Shown: positions 52,721 through 64,000 of the stretch, in pieces | Layout: each line of letters begins with the position of its first letter | How positions within the stretch are numbered: position 1 is the stretch's first letter | Assembly (NCBI GenBank): GCA_973895155.1 | Contig: OZ316894.1 | Location: 21,299,867-21,363,866, forward strand | Reading direction: 5' to 3' | DNA from: Marsupella aquatica | Lineage: Eukaryota; Plantae; Marchantiophyta | DNA: 64,000 bases | The notes under the pieces: model-generated | Databases searched by the model: none | What the model saw: the letters and a program-made list of their open reading frames with translations, nothing else | What the model was told of the DNA's origin: nothing | Translations under genes and position numbers: made by a program

Positions 52721-55094
52721 CCTTTTTGTTTCCAAAAAGCTTTCAAGAGCAAAGGTTTGACACTAGACATCTCTATTGCTATTGATATTGATATTATAGG
52801 CTAGTCTTGGGCTCCTTCAAAGGTGCTTGGAGGTATCTCTCCAACTAGTCTAATATCTCTAATTGACATGAAGAATTGAGAGTTGTGAATTTCTAAAATC
52901 ACTATATCATTCACTTTCCATTCTTTGAGTTCCTTTCAGGAGTAACTATGGTCTCAGTGACCACGGGTTTCTACAGTTCCCATAATGACCCTTTGAATAG
53001 CTTTGCCATGCTTGCGGTGTGTGACCCAAATAATAGCATCAGGGTGTGCTCCTACTTTACTTAGAAAACATTAGCTGATCAGACTAATCAACGCAAGAAA
53101 ACAAAGATATTTATGAGATTGCCTACAAAGTGAATACTTTCCCATGTTCATTTTAAAACAAGAGCCCATAGAGCCTCAATCAAATTTGCATGTGAACCTC
53201 CAATGTAGATCCAGGATACTCACTTCCAGCCTTGTGCAAAAGCCATAGTAACTTTTGGCGGTTCAGTTTACACATTGTAAGCAATTGAAATTGACCAATT
53301 TCCAAAGTGTAACAAATTGTGGTCATTATATATAGAGGACATTATGGGATATAATCCCCCAAAAATGAGAGCTTCAGCTTGAGTTTCGAGGGCCTATTAT
53401 TGCCCATACTGCTCCTCCGGAAACAAGGTCTTCCTACAGCCTGAGAGATTTTCATGTTTACTAAGTTTAGTGAATTAGAGGATAATCTTCCTAAAGAGGT
53501 GATCCAAATATTGACAAGGGCATTATGCCCCATAATGCCCTGCAAAAATACAAAGGGAAAACCAAGAAGGGCAACATGATAAGATACTTTTGGTGTGCAA
53601 GTTTGAACTTATTGAGGTTTTAGAGGTTTTGTTGTTGTTCTTGTTCTTTTGGCTCCACCTGCCCTCATTGGGAGTCTTAGTTGCCTTTTTGGCCCCCTTT
53701 CCCGTAGGGTTTTGCAGGTTATTCGTGCCAAAAAGAAATATGATAAGATACTTTACTCATAGAAACTATGGGGTACAAAAATGCTTCATAAGAGAGTGAT
53801 CAGTACTTCTGACACAAAAGGGGTCCATTGGGACATTTTGAAAGTATGGGGTTTATCAAAGTAGGAGCTCCCAGACGGGGCCCCACCAATCATATCCATC
53901 CAGCAAACAGTGAGGTCTATCCAGGCATGTTAGCCGACTTTGGGCTTTATTATTGTAGTATTTATAGAAAAAAAGTGAGGATATTCATGTGTCAGGGCAA
54001 CAAGATAATTACCACCATCATGGGCGTCACACAATCATTTGGGGATTTGGAGTCCACCCATCAAACTTTTGTTCGTACACACACACTTCTCTATTCCCCA
54101 ATTCTTTCCATGCCTTTGTGATAAATGAAGACACTCCCATTTTAATTTTACCCAAGAGTCTCATCAACATCACAGCTTTCCTCCACTTCTCCTTCATCAA
54201 TTCTTTGCCCTGACTTTCTGATAAATACTCCCATCTGGACCCAAAAAGCTCATCAACATCACAGCTTTCGCCCACTACTGTAGTCCTTTGTCAATTCTTT
54301 TCCCTGCCACTTTCTGATAAATACCCCCAATTGTACCCAAAAAGCGCATCATCAGCTCCATCTGCACACAGCAGAGAATCCTTTCAGCCTCGTCATCAAA
54401 TCCTCATTTTCAAATTCTCCCATTTCAGAGAGGAGCAGAACCAAAAACTAGTCCTCTGATGGAGTGCTCTGATGGACTACTCCCATGAACCTTGCAATTC
54501 CATAGACCAGGTCACTGGTGACCAGAAAGGTATGAATTGTTTTAGGATGGAAAAGTGTTACTTGAGTACCAAAAAGGTTGTCTGCTGTCAATCTGGGCTT
54601 TTCTGGTCAATCTGGGCCTTTCACAGTTACTTGAGTACCAAAAAGGTTGTCTGCTGTCAATCTGGGCTTTTCTGGGGCATTGTGTGAAAGGCTTAGGGTT
54701 ATGGGGGCTTCACTTTCAGCCGAGGTAAGCTCCCAGGTAAGCTTGATTTATTGTGAGGTGAAGTTAGGTAAAGTTGATTCTATATGATAATCACCTTGAC
54801 TACAGAATTGATAGCTTGATACCTTAGTAAATAGGTATGGGCAACCATTGTTCCAACCTGGTAAGTGCATCAATGTAAAGCCCAAATGCCAATGTGTGCA
54901 TAAGGTATTCCCGTACCCAAACTCCCCATGCTTGTCCATGCTCACAAGTATAGTCTAAATATCAAAATTTGGTGTAACCACACAAACTATGACCTATGGC
55001 TCTAGTGTGTGCAATATGTAGTGAACCATAGACTCTGATTTTGAATTATAGTATAGACTACCCAAGACCAAATGATATTCTTTTGTGGGTTATT

Positions 55095-55478
55095 GTCTCC
55101 AAAGGTTACTGGGTTGATCTATTGTAAGGTTATGTTGACCTAATCTAGTAAGATTGGGTAAAAAGGCAACCCCAATGAGGTTACTGGAACTCTCTTCACT
55201 TATGATTTTAGTGGGTTTTTAGGTTACTGGAACTATATTTGAGCTATATATTTGAGAGATTGTACAGTGCATTGAGAAACTACAGGATTCATTCCTAATT
55301 TTTCCAAGATATAATGATTAGCATCCAACAGTGCCTATTTCAGGAGGTAGCAAAAACCCCAGAAACCACTTGCATTTTGGCATATCAGCCTTGCTATATA
55401 CAGTATAAACAAAGGGAACTCCTTACGCTGTATTTAATGTATACAGTAAGGAAATATAGTACACCAACGGAAATGCTC
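55095..55478. mobile_element. Decayed Tourist/PIF-like MITE (uninterrupted relative of 56558-57449)
   Basis: Collinear similarity to 56558-57449; ends GGAAATGCTC|TTA. Confidence 0.5.
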
Positions 55479-55664
55479 TTATTGGATTAATGCGCCACTT
55501 GTCTTTTTATTCCAAGGCGATGTGTGTGGTAAAAGACGTAGTGGGGACAAACCTAAGGACAAATTGAGAACTTTATGATTCTGAACCTTTTTGTGGGTGA
55601 ACTTTTAACTGAGTAGGTTAACTTTTGTATTTCTGAAAGAGCTGTAATAAAAATGACTAGAGTA

Positions 55665-55800
55665 GCCCAGAGAGACATGGCTGTGTGGCAGCTCATTAGA
55701 GTAGTGACTCACAGGTCTTGGATTCAAATGTTGTGATTGACTCTGTCACACAATAGCCTGATTACCCGTTCCTTAAAAATAATAAATAAATAATAATAAA
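55665..55800 (+). mobile_element. tRNA-derived SINE-like element, copy 2
   Basis: Homologous to 36311-36440, with an (AAT)n/A-rich tail. Confidence 0.5.
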
Positions 55801-56716
55801 TTTATACTCTTTTCCGTTATCTTTGCATACCTAATATTTTTCACCTTTTAGATTTGTCTTATTCAGAGTCATTATACATTTTGTCCTTATTTGAGTTACT
55901 CTCTAGAGTCTTCACTCTGGACAGTAGCCCTGAAAAGTGCTTCTGTTTGGGATTATATAGTAAGATTTACTCTTAAAAAAAAGTTAAATGACTAGTTTGG
56001 TGAAATTTAAAGGAAATTTTACCAATTTACTCCACAAGTCACCAAATCAAATAAACTTCAAATTTTAGAAAAACTCCTCAAAGTTCTCATGAAACCAAGT
56101 TGTCCTCATGCCAGCACCCAGGCAGTAGCCATTGGAAGTAGTAAAGAATAACACCTTTGCTATGTTGTGCAATATATGATATGATATGAGCGCTGTTGCG
56201 CATCAACCACAAGCCACAACCACTCTGAAAAATAAGGGAGGCCTTTGCCTAGAGGAGACAGCGCATGGTTATTTTTGTAAATATCAAAATTGACAAGTAA
56301 TACAAAGCATAGCAAAGGACAACTTTGCCTAGAGGAATTTGCATGGCTATTTCAGTAAAGGCCTCACTGGAGCAGTCCAAAATGGATGCTGGAGGGCTGC
56401 CATTTAGACTCCTCCAAACACTGGAGAATTTCAAATTGGTCCTAGTGATGACCAAGATTTTTGAACTTTAGTGTCAAGTGAACCAGAGATTGCCTCATTT
56501 TTCTATTTGCTCTACTATCTCCACACGAGAAAATTGTCCCTTAATTTCTCTTGATAAGAGCATGTACACCGGTTACTGGGTTGGTCTACTGTAACGCTAT
56601 ATTGACCAAACCTAGTAAGGTTGATAAAAAAGGCAACCCCAATGAGTTATTCACTTGTGAGCAAACTGGGTTTTTTGGTTACTAGATGTGTATATGAGCT
56701 GCTGTATAGCGCATAA

Positions 56717-56883
56717 CGGCATGTCAAAGCACAATTGTGCCTGAGTTACGGCTCTGGACATAAAACGCACTTATGGCCAGGACAAAATCATTATAAGTGA
56801 CCAAAATACATACCCCATAAGGGTTGTACATCCAAAAAAATTAAGTTGTAACCAAGGTGTTAAGGGAGAACTTTGACACGTCC
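56717..56883. mobile_element. Nested MITE (family of 31683-31850)
   Basis: TGTCAAAG...CTTTGACA termini; absent from the relative at 55095-55478. Confidence 0.6.
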
Positions 56884-56952
56884 TATTGACTAAACACAAG
56901 ATTCATTACTTGGTTCTCCAAGATCTAATGATTAGTATCTAATGGTGTCTAT

Positions 56953-57312
56953 TGTTGAGCATAGACGACAATTGCAACGATAAACCCATGAACCATCCAA
57001 CGCACAAGTGTCGACATAGAGAGATATGTGATTCACCTCCACATGAGGCTACATCCACGAGAACACACAAGAGTTTTACTGCATTCTAGGTCGACCGGCC
57101 ATACCAAGCATCCACAGCACAAGCTCTCCCTATCTCTCAACTGGCTCCATAACAATGAACCTGAGTTCCTACTATCCAAACACTACTATCCAAGCAAACA
57201 CTGCTTGGGTAAACTGTGTGTGCAACATGACTAACTTAATCTAGTCTACAAATTAAGGTTAGCCCTAATTGTGGTACAATCGTAACTTTAGATCTAAGAG
57301 TAAATCCTAACA
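56953..57312. mobile_element. Solo LTR (360 bp)
   Basis: TGTT...AACA termini and a 5-bp TSD TCTAT/CCTAT. The empty site with a single CCTAT is near 55334. Related sequence lies at about 6610-6830. Confidence 0.7.
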
Positions 57313-58069
57313 CCTATGTCAGGAGGTATTAAAAAACCCGACCATTGGTCTTGCTTTTTGACATATCCTTGCTATGTACAATAGACAAAAAATGACAATT
57401 CTTTACAATGTATATAGTAAGCAAATAGCCTACACCATTGGAGATGCTCTAAAGAGTTTCTAATTGCAAACTAATGTTTTTGGTCAGGACTTAAATGATT
57501 TGAACAAGCATTCATGGGAAACTCATTTATTGCTATGTATTGGGCCCTGCCATCAATGCTGCCCGTGATAGTGCACTGCCCATGGTGCAAAGATGATGAA
57601 GACATAAGGGTATATGTTCTCAAATTTTTGAATACTACCTAAGGTAACAGATCCACATGAATGTAGAGTTTGCTTGACATTAGCAAGGGTAGCCCCGCCA
57701 GAGCAAGTGAGGTTTGAGTTAAGCTTTGTAAGCCAACCAGCTTTTGCACAAATCCCCATCCCCAAGTGGAATCCATGAAAACCTTTTGAACACAAAAGAC
57801 TTGGTACCTGGAAAAATTAGAGGTCCTAAATGGACACAGGCAAGCTAGCAGCATCTAAGGGTGGGACCTAAAGCTGTTGGAGTTTCCCATGAACGGCCCA
57901 CCCGAAAATCAGCTGTCCACCTAAATCTTGAAACACCCTTCAAATGTCACTTCTAAGGTTCACCCCACAATAGGGACAATGTTTCCTTGAAAAGGAAAAG
58001 GTGGTGGAAAAGGGGCTATTAATATTATACTCTCTGCTTTGGGTGATACTGGCTCATTTATTTCCTCTT

Positions 58070-59280
58070 GTTTGTAGGGCTGAGGTGTTGGTTTTAGGGC
58101 TTATAGACAAATTCCTTTTCAAAACTCTCCTATGCAATTTACTCCATAGCTTTACCAAACTTTTCAGTTTGTTGCTCAGTAGGCTTTAGTTCTTTTGTGC
58201 AGTGTGTGTAGTGTTTTCGGCTTGGGTGCTGGGCCCTGTTTGTGTTTTTTGCCTGGGTGGCTTTCGTCTCCTTGCGTGATTTGGACGGGTCTCTGCTCCC
58301 ACCTTGAAAAAAGAAGAAGCTCTTTTGCCTATGTCGGGACTCTTGGCTTTTTTCTTGGGTCTTTCCTTGGACTTTTCCCCTTTATTGGGTGTCCGGCCTT
58401 TGGGATGCTGTCTCCCAGTTAGGCATCAGGCATTCACGCTTCTTAGTAGGGCCAATGTGTTTTAGGGCTTCTAGACAAATTTCTCTTTAGGACCCTCCTA
58501 TGTGATTTACTCCCCTGCTTCACCACACTTTTTGGTTTGTTGCTCACTAGGCTTAGTTCTTTTGCCATTGTAGGGGAGTGCGTTTTTTTCCCTCTTTGGT
58601 CTTCTTGGGTTTCCTTGGATTTCTCCCTTTTCTTGGGCGTCTGGCTTTGCAATCCTGTCTCTCAGTTAGATCAGGCATTCACTATTCCTAGTAAGGCCAA
58701 GGTGTTTTGGGGGCTGCTAGACAAATTTCTCTTAGCTACCCTCCTACGTGATTACCTCCATAGCTTTGCCAGGCTTTTCAGTTCTCAGTGTTCTTTAGTT
58801 CTTTTGCAGTTGTTGAGGACTCTCAGACCTATTGGTTCTTTGGTTTATTTGGATTTTCCCTGTTTTTCTTCTTGTTTATTGGGTGTCCAGCCTTTGGGAT
58901 CCTGTCCCCCATTCGATATCACCCATTCACTATTCTTAGTAGGGGAAAGGCTGTTTGTTTTAGGGCTCCTACACAAATTACTCTTCATGACCTCCTATGT
59001 GATTTATATTCTATAGCTTTACCATGCTTCTATACTATTCTTAGTAGGGCCAAGGGTGTTTGTTTTAGGGTTTCTAGACAAACTACTCTTCTTGACCTCC
59101 TATGTGGTTTATTCTATAGCTTAACCACGATTTTAGTTTGTTGCTCACTAGGTTTTGTTTTGAGGTTGTTAGTGACTCTCTGGCCTTTTGGCTTTTTGGT
59201 CTTCTTGGGCTTTCCCTTATTTTCTCCACCTTATTAGGTCTCCTGCCTTTGGGATTGTATCTCCAGGTTGAGCTTGTTTT
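58070..59280. repeat. Diverged tandem array of about 250-bp units
   Basis: Recurring TTAGTAGGGCCAA...CTAGACAAATTTCTC...CTCCTATGTGATTTA; an inverted single copy lies at about 5640-5850. Confidence 0.7.
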
Positions 59281-60259
59281 GTTTATTGGCATCTGATAAA
59301 TAAATAGAAATAGATAGAAAGATATGTGACAGTGTGTATGAGTATAGCATTGTCTTGTTTACAGAGCATGATGTGCCATAGCAGCCCCCAAAATGAGGGT
59401 TTTAGCTCAAGCTTTGAGGGGCTGTTTTGCCCAGAATGCCTTAGCTAGTAGCAGGAAGTTGATACACTTAATGGCCTAAGAGATTAAAAAAGTTTTTAGT
59501 AAAAGTAGAGGTGAAGTTTCACAATGCGCCGATAGAATCTTATTGTCCTGACTCATAAAATTTGAAAGAGAAAGTACATTTGTTCATTGTATTTAGTGTT
59601 ATATACAGGGTTATATAGAATTGGTAAGTTTTACATCCCACTCTATTCTCGCTTGCATTGGATCAAACCTAAACACTGGTGTTTGTTCCTTGTTGTAAAC
59701 ATTATTGTTCCTTCTTGTGACCAAATGTGAGGTGTGACAGCAACTGATGCGAGGGACTTCGAATAGAAGATTGTGTTAAGAGAATTAGTGGGAATCCAAC
59801 TGATACTACGGATTTAGAAATGAAAAGAGTGATAGCAAATTAGTGTGAACCCAACTGATGCTAGAAAAGGAACAGTGCTAGAGAATTAGTGGGTACCCTA
59901 CAGATGCTAGGGATTTAGAAAAGAAAATAGTGTTAGAGAATTAGTGGGAAGAAAGTGACACTAATCTTGAGCAGAACACTACATTCTTTACTCTCCAATT
60001 AGTGCGTATAACACTATTTAGGGAGATCATTCTAGGTAACTAGCAATTGTATATTTATAATTTCCCCAAGTTTTAAGCTTCTCTTGGTGTCAATGATAAA
60101 TATCATTGTGCCAAAGAACAACAGTGCCAAACCTGGAGAGAGTAACCCAAAGGCTGAAAAAACGCAAAGAAGGGGGGAAAGGGAAAGACCCAAACAAGGC
60201 CCAAGAGCAAAAGAACCAACAACAGCAAACGAACTATAAAAGCCTACAAAAGAACAAAG

Positions 60260-60490
60260 AAGACAAACTATATATAATAATGCCAAAGTACAAAACTGCT
60301 AAACCCTGAACAAAGAAGACTAAAACTATATATAATAATGCCAAAGTATAAAAATGGGAAACCCTGAACAAAGAAGACTACAACTCTATATAATATAATG
60401 CCAAAGTACAAAAATGGGAAACCCTGAACAAAAAAGACTAAAACTATAAACAATAATGCCAAAGTACAGAAATGTGAAACCCTGAGACAG
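60260..60490. repeat. Minisatellite, about 59-bp unit x4
   Basis: ATAATGCCAAAGTACAAAA...AAACCCTGAACAAAGAAGACTA repeats. Confidence 0.85.
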
Positions 60491-60519
60491 GTCCCAAAGG
60501 AAAAGCAACCCAATAAAGG

Positions 60520-60820
60520 AAAGGAAGAGGGAAAGGGCCCCCCAAAAGACCCAAGAGGCCAAACAAGACAAGGGGTACCCACAACAACGACGACAAACCC
60601 CTCTAAAACCCTACTCGAAGATGAAGAGGGGAAAGGGTCCCCCAAAAGACCTAAGAGGCCAAGGAAGGCACGGGGTACCCCACAACACCTAAGAGAAACC
60701 CCACCAATAAAACCCTACTCAAAGAGGAAGTGGGGAAAGGGCCCCCAAAAAGACCAAGAGACCAAACAAAGCAAGGGGTACCCCACAACAACCACGACAA
60801 ACCCCACTTAAAACCCTACT
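60520..60820. repeat. Tandem repeat, about 100-bp unit x3
   Basis: GGGGAAAGGGCCCCCAAAAGACC...GGGGTACCCCACAAC repeats. Confidence 0.75.
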
Positions 60821-60989
60821 CCACAGAACATTGAAAAGCCTGGTAAAGCGTGGTAAAGAGTCTCGATGATTGCCCGTGTTTCCAGGGTCTATAGTCACAC
60901 GTTTGCTGCACACACAGAAGGCGAAGACTTCGTCCTCGTCCATTCGGACTTCACGGACACGAAGAACTCATGCTCTTTGTTTGTTTTCT

Positions 60990-61595
60990 CTCGAACTTCA
61001 TTCTGTTCCATTCCACTTGCCGAGTCACATTTTGACTCATCGTCTATTCGGATTTCACGGATATAAAAAATCTATGCTCTTTTATGTGTTCGCTCTTGAA
61101 TTTCGTTCTGTTGCATTCCACTTGCCGAGTCACATTTTGACTCGTCGTCTGTTCGGATTTCACGGATAGCAAAAATCTATACTCTTAACGTGTTCGCTCT
61201 TGAATTTCGTTCTGTTCCGTTCCACTTGCCGAGTCACATTTTGACTCATTGTCTATTCGGATTTCACGGATACCAAAAATCTATGCTCTTTACGTGTTCG
61301 CACTTGAATTTCGTTCTGTTCCGTTCCGCTTGCCGAGTCACATTTTGACTCCTCGTCTATTCGGATTTCACGGATACCAGAAATCTATGCGCTTTACGTG
61401 TTCGCTCTTGAATTTCGTTCTGTTCCATTCCACTCGCCGAGTCACATTTTCCAGACAACCAGGCGCCATCCGCTCCTCCCATCCATCTCCTGCGCCGTTC
61501 CATTCCATTCCACTCCACTTGCCCTCTCGCAGGGTCACATTTTGCACATTCCATTCCATTCCACTCTACTTGCCCTCGCGCCGAGTCACATTTTT
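60990..61595. repeat. Tandem repeat, about 108-bp unit x4 plus partial units
   Basis: CCACTTGCCGAGTCACATTTTGACTC...TTCGGATTTCACGGATA repeats. Confidence 0.9.
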
Positions 61596-62534
61596 GCACA
61601 AAACCAGGCGCAATTGACAAGGGGGGTCGGACCATGGCGCCATCGATCCATGGCCTAAAGTGCACAACAATGTCAGATTCACTGACGCAGCTCCACCATA
61701 AGATATGGAACACAATTAGCATACAAACTTCAACAGACCTGTACATATTCCCAGTTCCGAAGCAACTGTGGACTCAGAACCTACAGTAGCTAAAAGAGCA
61801 AGACTTCAAGCCAAGGACAGGACCGAAACAAATGCAAGCCGACAACAAATTGATGTTCTAACTGTAATCGGTGTAATAACAACGAGTTGGACACGGTCAA
61901 CCACAATTATCCGGAATGGCCGTGAAGGAGTCCCTGAATGAGAATACTGCAGTACGACTTACAGAATTGCTTGAAAGTATCAGACGTAATTAAGTGTCAT
62001 AATTGCTTTGAAAGTCTTTCGTCACATTTCTGTGCGTAACAGGGTATCAGAACTTTCTCGGCCCATAGAGCTAATTGTTGGGATAAGCCCCTACATGCTC
62101 TAATCTGAACCTTTCAATTGGCAGCCGACACCATGGGAGGGAATCTTTTACAGTGGCAATAAAATGCTCTAACCCACCACTACGTGAAACAGGGGACTAA
62201 GGACATGAGCACATTTTCGGGAGAATACTTACTCCCATCCCGAAAATCGATGTTTCAAAACCCAGAGCGATTCAAAGACAAAGAAAATTCTATGTACAGG
62301 CTCCTAGACTTTACTATCTTTCACTTGCAGGCCATGAGTTGATGGCCTCCATTATTTCAAAGAATTCTTCTCTTCCATATGGTACACACTGCAGCCGATT
62401 TGATTGCAATACCTTCTCTGTGCCAAATCTCAAGCATATATACAGGATATAGCGAGATCTGAACTCGTAACCCTAAAACCCTTCAGTCCTATCGCCTGTC
62501 GGGTCCTCTAGATGAACTCAGCGACAGCGGCGGG

Positions 62535-63838
62535 TTATGAGGGGAAACGTGACATCTCCAATATCCAAGAAACACACTCTCGCAAAAGGTCGAACTTATG
62601 GTAGACAGCTATGTTGCGGAAAACTTGCATGCGACTTCCAAAATCGTTGGGAGATTCACGGCATTTAAACGCTCCTGCGCAAGTGCATTGCTCCGACAGA
62701 TGTGATGATTTCACCTGTATTGAACGAAAACCCTTAGTATCAGTTAATGTTGCCTTGGCTCTAAGTTACGTCAACTTCAATAAGCATCCCGTGTGTTGCA
62801 GAAAAGGTGAAGATGCTTCTAAATGTCTATTTACATCACTCCTGCTCTTGTGACAAGAACAGGAACTAATGAATAGTATGGAAGTGGGATTATGTACCTG
62901 AGAGCATTTGCAGCAGATAAGGTCTTGGAGTTGGAAGAGGCGCTCTCTCCTGCGAACCAGTTGCAGAAGAGCATTCTCGACCCACTCACGGTCATAAGGT
63001 TGCCCACACTGGGGCATTACACAACGCCAGTCGTGCTCCAGTAGTGCAACATCCCGACACAGATCCAAGTCTCTACAATCATTGCAGTAGCTGCTCACAA
63101 GAGCCCACCATGAGAACAAAGTACGATTGTCAGGTCAGGTTGGGGAGTAAGCTCACAATTGTTCAAGTAGGAAGCAGAACACGACATCCTAAACTTAAAA
63201 CACACAACTGAAGTTCAAATTTCCATCTAACTGATGACGGATTCACTACATTTTGGTTGATGCTGACAACGCATTGCAAGGTACTCAAAGCTTTCCAAGC
63301 CAACTACAAGTAATAGCTAGAACAAGAAGTAAAAAGTCATAATTGCAGGCTTCTCACCTGCAAATAACATTGGGCAGTGTGAAGGACAAGCACGGATCAC
63401 GAAATACAGCTTCGGCTGAGAATTCTTTCACTCTCACAAGCTTTAGCAGATTTTTCCTCAGTACCTGCTCAGGATAAATATCAGGGAGAGTGGTTATTAG
63501 CAAAAGCATGAACAAGTATGGATGTTGAATGAAACCAGAATCTGTATGTACGTTGGCTCAAACATCCAAATTTGTATCTATTAACATGAGTAACAGACTG
63601 GCTGACTGCTACTCACCAGAACATCATACTGAACGCGTTGATCAAGAGCGAGCACTGCACAAACATGCTTGATAAACTCAAGTGCAGGCTCTCCCATAGG
63701 TAAGTGGGAGCCAGCCAGTTCCGGAAATTTCCTAGAAGCATGCACGTCTGGATCCTCAAAATCGTGCTTCTTTGCAGTCATGTGCCTTTGAATGTCTCGA
63801 ACAATTCGTAGCAGCTTGTCTGTGAAGTATGATGTGAC
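62535..63838 (-). CDS. POLE1: DNA polymerase epsilon catalytic subunit, last four coding exons (63838-63617, 63464-63358, 63090-62898, 62714-62535); gene continues beyond the window
   Basis: GT-AG introns join in frame: ...[16 protein letters not shown]...[16 protein letters not shown]...[20 protein letters not shown]...WRC..CGQPYD...[13 protein letters not shown]...CTCAGAF...[12 protein letters not shown]. These are the CysA/CysB C-terminal motifs of Pol epsilon. Confidence 0.95.
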
Positions 63839-64000
63839 CTGCGCCAACCGAAAATCAAGCAATGAAATTTGTCGTCAAGACCTCCGAACCTTCCATCAGA
63901 TGCTGAGAGCATCAATCAAGCATCCTTGGCGAAACCAAGACATTGACGGGTGAAAGGCAGAACTGACACCATGCAGTTATCGACACTGGGGCCTATTCTT

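Larger units (their letters stand above)
56558..57449. mobile_element. Tourist/PIF-Harbinger-like MITE carrying nested insertions
   Basis: TAA|GAGCATGTACA ... TTGGAGATGCTC|TAA, giving imperfect TIRs and a TAA TSD. Confidence 0.65.

Noticed and set aside
60290-60490. Telomeric AAACCCT motifs
   Set aside because: Single motifs inside a 59-bp unit, not a telomere array.

Overview
Eukaryotic, repeat-rich plant genomic DNA; a non-seed land plant such as a bryophyte is a guess from gene style, not proven. There are two clear host genes: an S40/DUF584 senescence-regulator gene with a single-exon CDS (+, about 39722-40558) and the last four coding exons of the DNA polymerase epsilon catalytic subunit (-, 62535-63838). 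The main discovery is a Ty3/Gypsy retrotransposon family present in two copies (9761-19253 and 47696-51411). Its polyprotein order is Gag - protease - DNMT3-like C5 cytosine methyltransferase - RT - RNase H - DDE integrase - PHD finger. Its PBS is Tf1-like self-priming rather than tRNA-derived. Its LTRs are split and permuted: A-internal-B-A-B in copy 1 and A-internal-B in copy 2. Both copies start and end at the same palindromic site (GACA^GC^TGTC) inside the LTR and have 4-bp TSDs, as expected if 2-LTR and 1-LTR circles were opened there and integrated. The rest is decayed repeats (MITEs, a solo LTR, SINE-like elements, minisatellites) and CpG-rich non-coding islands. All alignments were done by eye; no database search was run.
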